Below, in pieces: positions 1-8,538 of a DNA stretch of 52,746 nucleotides; the first letter of the stretch is position 1, and every line of letters begins with the position of its first letter. The notes under the pieces are model-generated. The model worked only from the letters and a program-made list of their open reading frames with translations. It did not search any database and was not told where the DNA came from. Origin of the DNA: Gemmatimonadota bacterium (GTDB lineage Bacteria > Desulfobacterota > Deferrimicrobia > Deferrimicrobiales > Deferrimicrobiaceae). The DNA lies in the NCBI GenBank assembly GCA_050257455.1, contig JBLMWX010000036.1, forward strand, positions 1-52,746, written 5' to 3'. Both the position numbers and the translations under genes were made by a program.

Positions 1-1
1 G

Positions 2-232
2 GCTCTGACGATGATGGCACAGATCGGCGTCCCCATGGCGGCGCTCCAGCGGATCGCCGGCTACTCCGGTATTCAGATCACGGCGCAGCATTACCTGCAC
101 GTCTCCCCGGAGACGCACGACGCGACGATCAGGGCCCTGGAGTGGAGGCCTTCGATCTTCCGAGCACTCCCGTTTACGAATCTGCGAGTAAAATGCGAGT
201 GGATGGTGTCGGGGTCGCTGAAAGGGGACTAA
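2..232 (+). CDS. Tyrosine recombinase / phage-type integrase, C-terminal fragment (5' part lies outside the window)
   Basis: The frame is open from the window edge. The C-terminal box ...LQRIAGYSGIQITAQHYLHV... matches the LGH-x(5)-T-x-x-Y-x-H box that carries the catalytic Tyr. Stop TAA at 230-232. It sits next to a tRNA with a duplicated 3' end. Confidence 0.7.
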   Translation, partial: ALTMMAQIGVPMAALQRIAGYSGIQITAQHYLHVSPETHDATIRALEWRPSIFRALPFTNLRVKCEWMVSGSLKGD

Positions 233-245
233 GTAGTTGATTTTG

Positions 246-266
246 TGGAGCCGACGGGCGGGCTTG
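246..266. repeat. 21-nt direct repeat of the tRNA-Thr 3' end (putative att core)
   Basis: TGGAGCCGACGGGCGGGCTTG at 246-266 is identical to 411-431, the CCA end, acceptor and T-stem of the tRNA on the minus strand. Similarity continues imperfectly for about 6 more nt. Confidence 0.8.
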
Positions 267-410
267 CCCGCCTGAGGCTCCGGCGGTCACGCCTTCGCCT
301 TTGGCGGCTCGGCCCCAAGCTGACGGGCTCCGCAAGGTCGCCCTCTTCCTCGCTGCTCGCTCGGCGCTTGGGACCGGTTCAAGCCCGCGTGATTCGGCAT
401 GGCAAAAGAC

Positions 411-485
411 TGGAGCCGACGGGCGGGCTTGAACCGCCAACCTGCTGATTACGAATCAGCTGCTCTACCGTTGAGCTACGTCGGC
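411..485 (-). tRNA. tRNA-Thr (anticodon CGU), CCA encoded
   Basis: Minus-strand cloverleaf. The 7-bp acceptor GCCGACG/CGTCGGC is followed by U and CCA. The T arm is GGCGG-TTCAAGC-CCGCC. The anticodon arm is GCTGA-TTCGTAA-TCAGC, giving U33-CGU-A37. Confidence 0.9.
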
Positions 486-815
486 TCGTGCGGCGCGGAA
501 TTGACGCCACAGAATATGAGATCGCGGCGGAAAACGCAAGAGACTCTTTGACGGATGCGGCGGCTCGCCGACGATCCGTGCGCGGCGGGTCGGGCCCATG
601 ATGGCGAAACAGTTTCCGAGAATTGCGATCCGTTTCGTAATGCGCGGGCGCGTCTTTTCGTCGGAACGTTTTCAGATCAACGTGTTACACATGGGCATTT
701 TTTTTGCACTTTTAACCTCGTTAACGCCTTAAAAGAAAAATGAACCCGGGCGACCGGCTGTTTCATCCCTTAAACAGTCAACCCCGCGACCATCCTTTCG
801 ACCGGAGGTGTTCCC

Positions 816-2054
816 ATGGCTGTTCCTCGGATCCCAGGCCGTAAGGCCCGTCTGTGTCTCATCGGCATCATCCTGTTGTCGGTCGCCCTTGCGGCGGGAT
901 GCGGGGGCTCCGGCTCTGCGGGCCCGTCGGCGTCCGGGGATACCGCCGTCATCGCCGTCGCGCAGGCCCCGGCGTTTCCGGCGGGCACCCTGGCGGCCGC
1001 CGCTCCGTCGGCTGCAGGCGGCGCGAGCGCGTTTGCCACCAACATCGATCACGCCTGGATCACGGTGCAGAAGGTCGCCCTGGTCCCCGACGGGATGATC
1101 GCGCCGGGTGAGTCCAGGGATCCGGATCCGCAGGGAGAACAGGCGGTCGAAGACAGCGGGAGGGAGGGCGCGGGCCTCGTCTCGGCCACGGTCGTTCCCC
1201 CGAGGACGATCGACCTGATGAATCTGCCCCCGGAAGCGCTGGCGGACATCCTGAACGAGATCACGAACATCCCGGCGGGCAAGTACGGCAAGATCCGGCT
1301 CTACTACAGCGACCCGAAGGTCCATTTCGTCGGTGACCTGGACAACACGGCGGTGAAACAGACCGCGAACTACCACCTCGACATCCATTTCGTGGGCGGC
1401 GGGCTCGTGATCCCGGTGCGCACGGCCGCCGACCAGGGCGTCTACGTCCACAAGGTGACCATCGCGTTCGTCCTCGGGAAGGACGGGCTCAAGATCACGG
1501 TCAATCCGAACAAGATCCTGATGCGGCCGCAGGTCTTCGCGACGGTCTCTGCGGTCCAGATGGGGATCTCCGGGACCGCGGACAACGTGGACAAGGTGGC
1601 GGGGTCGTTCGACATCGCCACCGCCGACGGCCGCTCGTTCCATGCGGTCTACGGGCTTTCGACCGACTGGATCTTCAAGACGACGGGGAGGTTCGTGCCG
1701 GTGGCCGCGTCGCTCGGCGTCGCCGCCCTGCGCGACACCGCGTTCGTGGACGTGTACGGGACGTTCGATTCCATGCTCGTCCTGCACGCGGACGAGGTGA
1801 CGATCACCTTCCCGGACGAGGTCTCCGGGACCGTGGCGGCCGGATGGACCGACAACAGCTTCAAGCTGACCGTCGGGGCCGACAACATCGTCGTCCTCGC
1901 GCGGCCGGACCGGGTCAACGCGCTGTTCGACAACAACGTGGCTCCGTACGACCTGCTGACGGACTCCGCGGTCGTCCCGGGGGCGAACGTGACCGCTCGT
2001 GGGTACGCGACTGCGGAAGGGATCGAGGCGTACTGGATTTCCGTCGGTCCGTAG
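816..2054 (+). CDS. Putative lipoprotein, DUF4382-like N-terminal domain
   Basis: 412 aa with a signal peptide and lipobox (LSVALAAGC). The stretch IDLMNL...IPAGKYGKIRLYY resembles the DUF4382 signature as I remember it. It is the only non-Arg/Pro-rich frame in this region. Confidence 0.65.
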   Translation: MAVPRIPGRKARLCLIGIILLSVALAAGCGGSGSAGPSASGDTAVIAVAQAPAFPAGTLAAAAPSAAGGASAFATNIDHAWITVQKVALVPDGMIAPGESRDPDPQGEQAVEDSGREGAGLVSATVVPPRTIDLMNLPPEALADILNEITNIPAGKYGKIRLYYSDPKVHFVGDLDNTAVKQTANYHLDIHFVGGGLVIPVRTAADQGVYVHKVTIAFVLGKDGLKITVNPNKILMRPQVFATVSAVQMGISGTADNVDKVAGSFDIATADGRSFHAVYGLSTDWIFKTTGRFVPVAASLGVAALRDTAFVDVYGTFDSMLVLHADEVTITFPDEVSGTVAAGWTDNSFKLTVGADNIVVLARPDRVNALFDNNVAPYDLLTDSAVVPGANVTARGYATAEGIEAYWISVGP

Positions 2055-2086
2055 GACCGGCGGGATCGAGGCCGCGCGGCGGGAAG

Positions 2087-2120
2087 AGAGCCCCCGGGGG
2101 TCGCGACCCCCGGGGGCTCT
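2087..2120. terminator. Perfect GC-rich hairpin between convergent genes (candidate bidirectional terminator)
   Basis: AGAGCCCCCGGGGG-tcgcga-CCCCCGGGGGCTCT forms a 14-bp stem, followed by a TTCGTT tail. It lies between the lipoprotein stop (2054) and the rng stop (2126). Confidence 0.6.
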
Positions 2121-2125
2121 TTCGT

Positions 2126-3655
2126 TCAGGTGTGCTCGATCTGGTACTGCTCGATGTGGAACTTCTCCGACGCGGAGATGTTGATCTTCATCCCGTACCG
2201 GTTCTCGAGCCGCTCGATGTGCTCGCGGTCCTCGCCGAACATCTCCTCGGCCAGGGCGGGGTGGACGACGAGCGACACCTGTCGTCCGGCCAGCAGCGCA
2301 GCCTGGCGCTCGAGCGCCCGGAAGATCTCGTAGCAGATCGTCTTCTTCGACTTGATGTGCCCCTCCCCGGAGCAGTAGGGGCACGCCTCCGAGAGCGATC
2401 GCCCCAGGCTCTCGCGCACGCGCTTCCGGGTCATCTCCACCAGGCCGAGCTCGGAGATCTTGCAGATCGTCGTCTTGCTCCGGTCGGCGCGCAGCGCCTC
2501 CACGAGGGACTGGTAGACCTTGTCCCGGTTCTCCTCGCTCTTCATGTCGATGAAGTCGATGATGATGATCCCCCCGATGTTCCGGAGCCGGAGCTGGTAC
2601 ACGATCTCCTTGACCGCCTCGAGGTTGATCTTGACCGTCGTCTCCTCGAGCGAGGTGCGCCCCACGTACTTGCCCGTGTTCACGTCGATCACGGTGAGCG
2701 CCTCCGTCTGCTCGATCACGATGTAGCCGCCGCTCTTGAGCCAGACCTTCTTGTCGAGCGCCCGCGCGAGCTCGATCTCGATCCCGTAGTGGTCGAACAG
2801 GGGCTGGGGCCCGTCGTACAGCTCGATCCGGTCCTGGATGCGCGGGAAGAACTGCGAGGCGAAGTTCCGGATCCGCACGTACTCCTCCTCGGAGTCGACC
2901 ACGATCCGGTCGGTGTCGGCGGTGAAGAGGTCGCGCACCGCCCGCAGGGAGAGGGACAGCTCCCGGTGGACGAGGGTGGGCGCGTTCGAGACGTCGCCCT
3001 TCTTCCGGACCGTGTCCCAGAGGCGGACCAGGTAATCCATGTCCGCCTTGAGCTCCGCCTCGGTTCGCCCTTCCGCCGCGGTGCGCACGATGGCGCCCAT
3101 CCCGTCGGGGCGGATCGTCTCGACGAGCCGGTGCAGGCGGTCGCGCTCCTCGGTCTCTTCGATCCGTCGGGAGATGCCGACGTGGCTCGACCAGGTGAGG
3201 ACGACGAGGTAGCGGCCGGGGAGGGCGATGTGGCTCGTGATGCGCGCCCCCTTGGTTCCGAGCGGCTCCTTGGAGACCTGGACGAGAAGGTGCTGACCCT
3301 CGCGGATCAGCCCCTCGATCGGCGGGACGTAGCGATCCTGCTCGAACCGCGCCGGCTGGATGTCCATGTCCTCGGGCAGCTCCGCCTCCCCGTTCCCGTC
3401 GGTGTCGAAGTCGAGCCGGGGCGTGATGAAGTCGCCCGCGTACAGGAATCCGGCCTTCTCCATGCCGATGTCGACGAAGGCGGCCTGCATTCCCGGGAGG
3501 ACCCGGATCACCTTCCCCTTGTAGATGTTCCCGACGATGTTCCGCTCGTCGCGTCGCTCGACCAGAAGCTCGGTCAGGACGCCGGATTCGAGCGTCGCGA
3601 CGCGCGTCTCGTAGGGGGAGGCGTTGAGGACGATGAGCTTGGTCGCCTTCTGCAC
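2126..3655 (-). CDS. rng: Ribonuclease G (RNase E/G family)
   Basis: 509 aa with an N-terminal S1 domain (GNIYKGKVIRVLPGMQAAFVDIG) and an RNase E/G catalytic core. The GTG start lies 1 nt after the stop of the upstream radical-SAM gene. Confidence 0.9.
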   Translation of the reverse strand: MQKATKLIVLNASPYETRVATLESGVLTELLVERRDERNIVGNIYKGKVIRVLPGMQAAFVDIGMEKAGFLYAGDFITPRLDFDTDGNGEAELPEDMDIQPARFEQDRYVPPIEGLIREGQHLLVQVSKEPLGTKGARITSHIALPGRYLVVLTWSSHVGISRRIEETEERDRLHRLVETIRPDGMGAIVRTAAEGRTEAELKADMDYLVRLWDTVRKKGDVSNAPTLVHRELSLSLRAVRDLFTADTDRIVVDSEEEYVRIRNFASQFFPRIQDRIELYDGPQPLFDHYGIEIELARALDKKVWLKSGGYIVIEQTEALTVIDVNTGKYVGRTSLEETTVKINLEAVKEIVYQLRLRNIGGIIIIDFIDMKSEENRDKVYQSLVEALRADRSKTTICKISELGLVEMTRKRVRESLGRSLSEACPYCSGEGHIKSKKTICYEIFRALERQAALLAGRQVSLVVHPALAEEMFGEDREHIERLENRYGMKINISASEKFHIEQYQIEHT

Positions 3656-3656
3656 G

Positions 3657-6146
3657 CTATCCTTTCCGCCGCGGGACGAGCGCGGTCGACACCTTCGTCG
3701 TCGCGAACCGGTCCGGGGGCAGGGGGACGCCCAGGAGCGCGGTCGCCGCGTCGAGCGGCCGGACGCCCCTGCCGGTCCCCTGTACGATTGTAATGAAGAG
3801 GGATTCCCCGATCACCTGGAAATTCGGCACCAGGGGCTTCAGGTCGACCGCGGTCTGCCGGCCCTCGCGCGCCGGCGCCGCGGGGACGGCGTCCGCGGTC
3901 CGGAGGGCGTCGAGGGCCCGGGCGACGCTCTCGGGTCCGGCTTCCTCGGGGAGGCGGTTCGGGGGAACGGGATCGATCCGGTATTCGGAGACCAGGTCGA
4001 AGTCGGCGAGGCGCGCTTCCCCGGGGGCGAGGAGGCGGGCGTCGAGCGGCGCGATTCCCGGCGGAAGACAGGCCGGCAGCCGCTTCATCAGGTCGTGGAC
4101 GACCGTCGGGCGCGCGAAATCCGCCTCCACGAACTCGGCGAGACTCTCCGTGCCCACGGGAAGGGCCGGAGAGAACGAGAGGCGGGGGGCCGGGTTGAAT
4201 CCCTGGCTGTAGGCGGGCGTGAACCCGGCGCGCCGCAGCGCCCGCGCCCACAGGGACTGGATCTCGAGCCCGCTCAGGTAGCGCGCCGGCCCCTCCTTGG
4301 CGTACCGGATCCGGACCCGGAAGCGCGCCAGCGGTGCCGGAGGCGTCTCCGCTGAAGCGCGGCGCTCCGGCAGCCCGTCCTCGGGCGGGGGCGGCTCGAA
4401 CGTGACGTTGGCCAGCCCCGGCGGACACGCCCCGCACGCCGAGCAGGGGCCCTTGCGGCAGTCCGGCGTCGCTTCGCCTTCCCGGGCTTTGCGCCGTTCC
4501 GCGAGGAGGAAGTCCCGGTCGATCCCGGCGTCCACCGTGTCCCAGGGAAGGGGCTGCCCCGGCGCCCGCTCCCGCAGGTATTCCGCCGGGTCGATCCCGG
4601 CGTCCGCGAACGCCTGGCGCCAGGCGTCCTGGCGGAGCTCCTCGGTCCAGGCGTCGAACCGCGCCCCGCGGCGCCATGCGGCGATCAGGACCGCGGACAG
4701 CCTGTCGTCGCCGCGCGAAAAGACGCCCTCGAGCTCGGACATGGCCGGCGCGTGGAATTTCACCTCGGCGTTCCGGTCCCGTCCGACCGCGCTCTTGACG
4801 AGGCGGACCCGCTCCTCGATCTCCTCCCGCCCGATCTGGCGCTCCCACTGGAACGGCGTGTGCGGCTTGGGAACGAACGCGGACAGGCTCGCCGTCACCG
4901 TGTTGCGCTTCCCGTGGCGCCGCGCGACGGCGGCGACCCGGCGGACGAGATCCCCGATCGCGCGGACGTCCTCCGCCGTCTCGCCGGGGAGGCCGACCAT
5001 GAAGTAGAGCTTGAGGGTCCGCCACCCGTTGGCGAAGATCCAGTCGGCCGTCCGGAACAGTTCCTCGTCGCGGATCTCCTTGTTGACCGCGCGGCGGAGA
5101 CTCTCGGTGCCCGCTTCCGGAGCGAGCGTGAACCCGGTCTTGCGGACCCTGCGGATCTGGCGCACGGTGTTCTCCCGAAGGGCGTCCAGCCGCAGGGACG
5201 GCAGCGACACGGAGACCCGCTCGGGCGAGAGCGTTTCCATCGCTTCGGTGATCAGGCGGTCGATGCACCCGTAGTCGGCGGCGGACAGGGAGAGCAGGCC
5301 CACCTCGTCGTAGCCCGTCGCGGCCGCCGTCTTCTGGAGGTAGCGCAGCAGGAGGAGCGGGTCGCGCTCGCGGACGGGCCGGTAGACGTAGCCGGCCTGG
5401 CAGAAGCGGCACCCGCGGGTGCAGCCCCGGGAGATCTCGACGCTCAACCGGTCGTGGACGATCCGCATCGCCGGCAGGATGGGGGCCGGCAGCAGGGGAG
5501 AGCGCGCCAGGTCCGGAAGCACCCGGCGGACGACGCGCGCGGAGACGCCGGGGACGAAGACCCCCTCGATCCGCGAGAGGCCGCGCAGCAGATCGGTCCG
5601 GGTGCCGCCCGACCGCTTCCGCTCCCGGACGCGGTCGAGGATCTCGATGATCGCCTCCTCCCCGTCGCCGACGAGGAGGGCGTCGAAGAAGGCGGCGACG
5701 GGCGCGGGGTTCATCGTGCAGACGCCCCCGCCCAGGACGAGGGGATCGTCCTCGCCGCGCTCCGCGGCGAGAAGCGGTATGCCCGCGAGATCCAGCATGG
5801 CCAGCACGTTGGTGTACGTGAGTTCGTACGACAGCGAGAATCCCACGACGTCGAATTCCCGCGCGGGGTGGCCGGACTCGAGGGAGCGGAGCGGCGTCCC
5901 GCTCTCCTTCAGGTGCGCTTCCATGTCCCGCCACGGGGCAAAGGCGCGCTCGCAGAGCGTCCCGGGCCGGGCGTTGAGAATCTCGTGCAGCAGCAGGATT
6001 CCCAGGTGGGACATGCCGATCTCGTAGACGTCCGGGAAGGCGAGGAGCGTCCTGGTCTCCGCCGATTCCCAGGGGATCGACGGCTTCCGGACCTCGCAGC
6101 CGGAATAGCGCGACGGCTTCTGGATCGCGTGCGGAATGCTCTGCAT
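3657..6146 (-). CDS. B12-binding-domain radical SAM protein fused to a DUF2344/TIGR03936-like C-terminal domain (TIGR03960-type)
   Basis: 829 aa with a CxxxCxxC cluster motif in EISRGCTRGCRFCQAGYVYRP. The long C-terminal extension (RFRVRIRYAKEGPARYLSGLE...) is typical of the radical-SAM-associated DUF2344 domain. Confidence 0.85.
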   Translation of the reverse strand: MQSIPHAIQKPSRYSGCEVRKPSIPWESAETRTLLAFPDVYEIGMSHLGILLLHEILNARPGTLCERAFAPWRDMEAHLKESGTPLRSLESGHPAREFDVVGFSLSYELTYTNVLAMLDLAGIPLLAAERGEDDPLVLGGGVCTMNPAPVAAFFDALLVGDGEEAIIEILDRVRERKRSGGTRTDLLRGLSRIEGVFVPGVSARVVRRVLPDLARSPLLPAPILPAMRIVHDRLSVEISRGCTRGCRFCQAGYVYRPVRERDPLLLLRYLQKTAAATGYDEVGLLSLSAADYGCIDRLITEAMETLSPERVSVSLPSLRLDALRENTVRQIRRVRKTGFTLAPEAGTESLRRAVNKEIRDEELFRTADWIFANGWRTLKLYFMVGLPGETAEDVRAIGDLVRRVAAVARRHGKRNTVTASLSAFVPKPHTPFQWERQIGREEIEERVRLVKSAVGRDRNAEVKFHAPAMSELEGVFSRGDDRLSAVLIAAWRRGARFDAWTEELRQDAWRQAFADAGIDPAEYLRERAPGQPLPWDTVDAGIDRDFLLAERRKAREGEATPDCRKGPCSACGACPPGLANVTFEPPPPEDGLPERRASAETPPAPLARFRVRIRYAKEGPARYLSGLEIQSLWARALRRAGFTPAYSQGFNPAPRLSFSPALPVGTESLAEFVEADFARPTVVHDLMKRLPACLPPGIAPLDARLLAPGEARLADFDLVSEYRIDPVPPNRLPEEAGPESVARALDALRTADAVPAAPAREGRQTAVDLKPLVPNFQVIGESLFITIVQGTGRGVRPLDAATALLGVPLPPDRFATTKVSTALVPRRKG

Positions 6147-6169
6147 CCTTCTACAATCCCAATATATTT

Positions 6170-6198
6170 TTGAAAAATCAACGCGCTCACGTTAAATT
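6170..6198 (+). promoter_or_regulatory. Candidate sigma70-type promoter for the NTPase-kinase gene
   Basis: TTGAAA, a 17-nt spacer, then TAAATT, inside an AT-rich divergent intergenic region. It lies about 37 nt upstream of the GTG at 6235. Confidence 0.35.
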
Positions 6199-6234
6199 AT
6201 GCGGTGAACACGGCGACGGGGGCGAAAGGCATCG

Positions 6235-8532
6235 GTGCGTCTCATGTGGAGCCAGGGGGCTGAGGTCGCCTTCCGCGAAGACGAGTTCTTCGGCCGGGAG
6301 GCGGAGCTGACGGCCCTGCTGCGCGTGGGCCTCGAAGGGCGGACCGGCATCGGGGCGTCCGTGCTCATCTACGGGCGGCCCAACATCGGGAAGTCGTCCC
6401 TCCTGCTCAAGACGAAGGCGGATCTCCAGTCGCTCCCCGAAGGGACGGCGCTTCCCCGGCCGTTCCCGTTCTACTACTCCTTCAGCAAGATCCTGTCCCA
6501 CCCGCTCGCGCTCTCCCAGCACTTCCTCCAGGAATACATGTGGCAGCTCCTCGCGTTCCTCGGCGAAGAGCCGCAGGCCGCCTTCGATCCCGAGGCGATG
6601 TGCGAGGCGCTGGGCAGCCACGGCCTTGCCGGCTGCGGCGACTTCGTCGCCGCCCACCGGAAATACTCGGACGCGGGAGACGGGCTCTCCGCGCTGGCCA
6701 ACGCCTTCTCCTTTCCCTTCACGACCGGGGGAAAGGAGTTCTACCCGGTGTTCCTGCTCGACGACTTCCAGTACACGATCAAGCTGCAGAACATTCCCGA
6801 CGGGGCCATATTCTCCATCCTGCGGCCCTACATCAAGTCCGGCCACTTCCCGATGATCGTGTCGGGCTCCTCGCCCGGGCACGTGACGTCCTCCCTCAAG
6901 CGCGAGGGGCTGTACGGCTCCTTCCAGCTGATCGAGGTCGGCGGGATTTCCCCCGAGGCGTCGGTGAGGATGTGGGCCTCCCTGTTCGAGAAGCGCCAGG
7001 TCCGGATGCCGGATCACCTGCTTTCGCGGGCCGGGGAGCGCCTCGGCCACGTGCCGATCTACCAGCGCATGTTCGCGGAGGACCTCTCCTTCCGGAACGC
7101 CCAGGTGACCGACGACGTCGGTTTCGAGAACATGTACGCCCTGTCCGTCACGGAAGGCAAGCTCAACCGCTACTGGCGGGAGTTCTTCGAGAACGCCTTC
7201 CCGGCGCGGTCCCAGAGGGCCAGGGCCGTCCGGTTCCTGAAGCGGGTCCTGTGCGACCGGTTCCCGATCGATTCCGTCGAGGGGGCGCTCTCCCTCATGG
7301 GGGCGCCGCCGGAGGAGGGAATGGACGTCCTGTCGGGCCTCGAGTTCAAGGGGCTCATCAAGTCCGACTTCGAGCACATCGACTTCGTCGACGACCCGGT
7401 CCTGGCGGATTTTCTCTACTGGGCCTTCGAGCGCGGCGTCCTCGGCAGGAGCCCGTCCCAGACGGCCGCGGCGATCGTCCAGGCCAAGCTGTCCCGGGTC
7501 GCCCTCGAGGCCGGCGGCGGAGAGCGCGACAGGCGGGCCGCCGCGGCCAAGGAGCTCTTGCGGCGGTGGGACTGCCGCGAGGTCCCGGCCGTGCTGTTCG
7601 ACTTCGCGAGATTCCGGGACAAGTACGGGGGGAAGGGCCTCCTCGAGGTCGTGATCGGACTGGGCGAGGAGGCCGACAAGGTGCGCCTGCCCAAGATCAG
7701 CTCCGTCTCGACGGGCTACCGGACGCGGCGGGGCGGCGCACGGTTCGACTTCGACCTCGTCGCCTACGGGTTCCGGGACGGCGACTTTTCGGAAGCGAAC
7801 CTGGTGATCTGGGCGGTGGACGTCTGCGTCGAGAGGACGCTCGCGAAGCTCGAGGTCGAGCATTTCGAAAACCGGTGCCGCCTCCTCGCGATCGAGAAGG
7901 GTCTCCGGGAGGACCAGCTCCGGAAGTGGATCCTCTTCGACGGCTCCGCGGAGCAGGCCGCGCTCGAGGCCGCCGCGCGCTTCGGCATCCACCTCACCCA
8001 CGGCGCGCAGGTGCGCCTCTTCCTCAACCTCTTCGGGATGGAGGACATCGGCGGGGGCGCGCCGCCGCCCCCGGCGCCGGACTCCGCGGCGCAGGACCGG
8101 CCCCTCGAATTCGAGCTTGTCCTGCCGATCAAGTCGGAGACGGAGGTCGTCGCGGCGCGCGTGGCGGAGGAGGTGGCGGGCTACGCGTCGCTGGACAAGG
8201 ACACGGTGGACCGCGTGAAGATGGCGATCATCGAGGCGTGCATCAACGCCTTCGAGCACAGCGGCGTCGCGACGGGAAAGGTCAGGCTCCGTTACGTCCT
8301 GTCGCCGGGAAAGATCGAGCTCTTCGTCCAGGACGAGGGGAAGGGGTTCCGCGCCGACGGGAAGGAGCCCGACTCCCGGCGCAACCGGGGATGGGGGTTG
8401 AAACTGATCCGCGAACTGGTGGATGATGTGGAGGTCGCGACGGGGGACGCGGGAACCACCGTCCGGATGGTGAAGTATTTCGGGCGCGATACCGCCGCGG
8501 GCGCGACGAAGACGCCGGACGCCGAGGAGTGA
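6235..8532 (+). CDS. P-loop NTPase (Arch_ATPase/AAA_16-like) fused to a C-terminal RsbW/SpoIIAB-type GHKL serine-kinase (anti-sigma-like) domain
   Basis: 765 aa with a GTG start. Walker A is GRPNIGKS (nt 6373-6396) and VFLLDD is Walker B-like. The C-terminal ~125 aa (nt ~8104-8480) carry an N box (EACINAFEH), G1 (DEGKGF) and G2 (GWGLKLI). Confidence 0.8.
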   Translation: MRLMWSQGAEVAFREDEFFGREAELTALLRVGLEGRTGIGASVLIYGRPNIGKSSLLLKTKADLQSLPEGTALPRPFPFYYSFSKILSHPLALSQHFLQEYMWQLLAFLGEEPQAAFDPEAMCEALGSHGLAGCGDFVAAHRKYSDAGDGLSALANAFSFPFTTGGKEFYPVFLLDDFQYTIKLQNIPDGAIFSILRPYIKSGHFPMIVSGSSPGHVTSSLKREGLYGSFQLIEVGGISPEASVRMWASLFEKRQVRMPDHLLSRAGERLGHVPIYQRMFAEDLSFRNAQVTDDVGFENMYALSVTEGKLNRYWREFFENAFPARSQRARAVRFLKRVLCDRFPIDSVEGALSLMGAPPEEGMDVLSGLEFKGLIKSDFEHIDFVDDPVLADFLYWAFERGVLGRSPSQTAAAIVQAKLSRVALEAGGGERDRRAAAAKELLRRWDCREVPAVLFDFARFRDKYGGKGLLEVVIGLGEEADKVRLPKISSVSTGYRTRRGGARFDFDLVAYGFRDGDFSEANLVIWAVDVCVERTLAKLEVEHFENRCRLLAIEKGLREDQLRKWILFDGSAEQAALEAAARFGIHLTHGAQVRLFLNLFGMEDIGGGAPPPPAPDSAAQDRPLEFELVLPIKSETEVVAARVAEEVAGYASLDKDTVDRVKMAIIEACINAFEHSGVATGKVRLRYVLSPGKIELFVQDEGKGFRADGKEPDSRRNRGWGLKLIRELVDDVEVATGDAGTTVRMVKYFGRDTAAGATKTPDAEE

Positions 8533-8538
8533 GCCGCC

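Noticed and set aside
375-388. A 14-nt inverted copy of the tRNA T-arm, considered as a second (pseudo)tRNA gene on the plus strand.
   Set aside because: The flanks do not form acceptor, D or anticodon arms, and the T-stem pairs at only 3 of 5 positions. I keep it only as supporting detail for the att-scar idea.
245-448. A 67-aa ORF (with antisense 88-aa ORF 174-440) covering the att repeat and part of the tRNA.
   Set aside because: Its repeated EPTGGL peptide merely mirrors the duplicated tRNA 3' end. It overlaps a tRNA gene and has no start context.
555-743. A 62-aa ORF in the 330-bp gap between the tRNA and the lipoprotein gene. I also looked there for a riboswitch or sRNA.
   Set aside because: - I saw no ribosome-binding site, no recognisable fold and no conserved riboswitch core. 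There are only short weak stems.
- I treat the gap as a promoter and leader region.
729-2384. A 551-aa minus-strand ORF overlapping the lipoprotein gene and the rng 3' end.
   Set aside because: - Its extreme Arg/Pro/Gly/Asp composition is typical of out-of-frame translation of GC-rich DNA.
- The opposite strand encodes a protein with a clean signal peptide and normal composition.
3574-5934. A 786-aa minus-strand ORF in an alternative frame of the radical-SAM gene.
   Set aside because: It is on the same strand but in the wrong frame, with Arg/Pro/Gly-rich composition. The 829-aa frame carries the CxxxCxxC motif.
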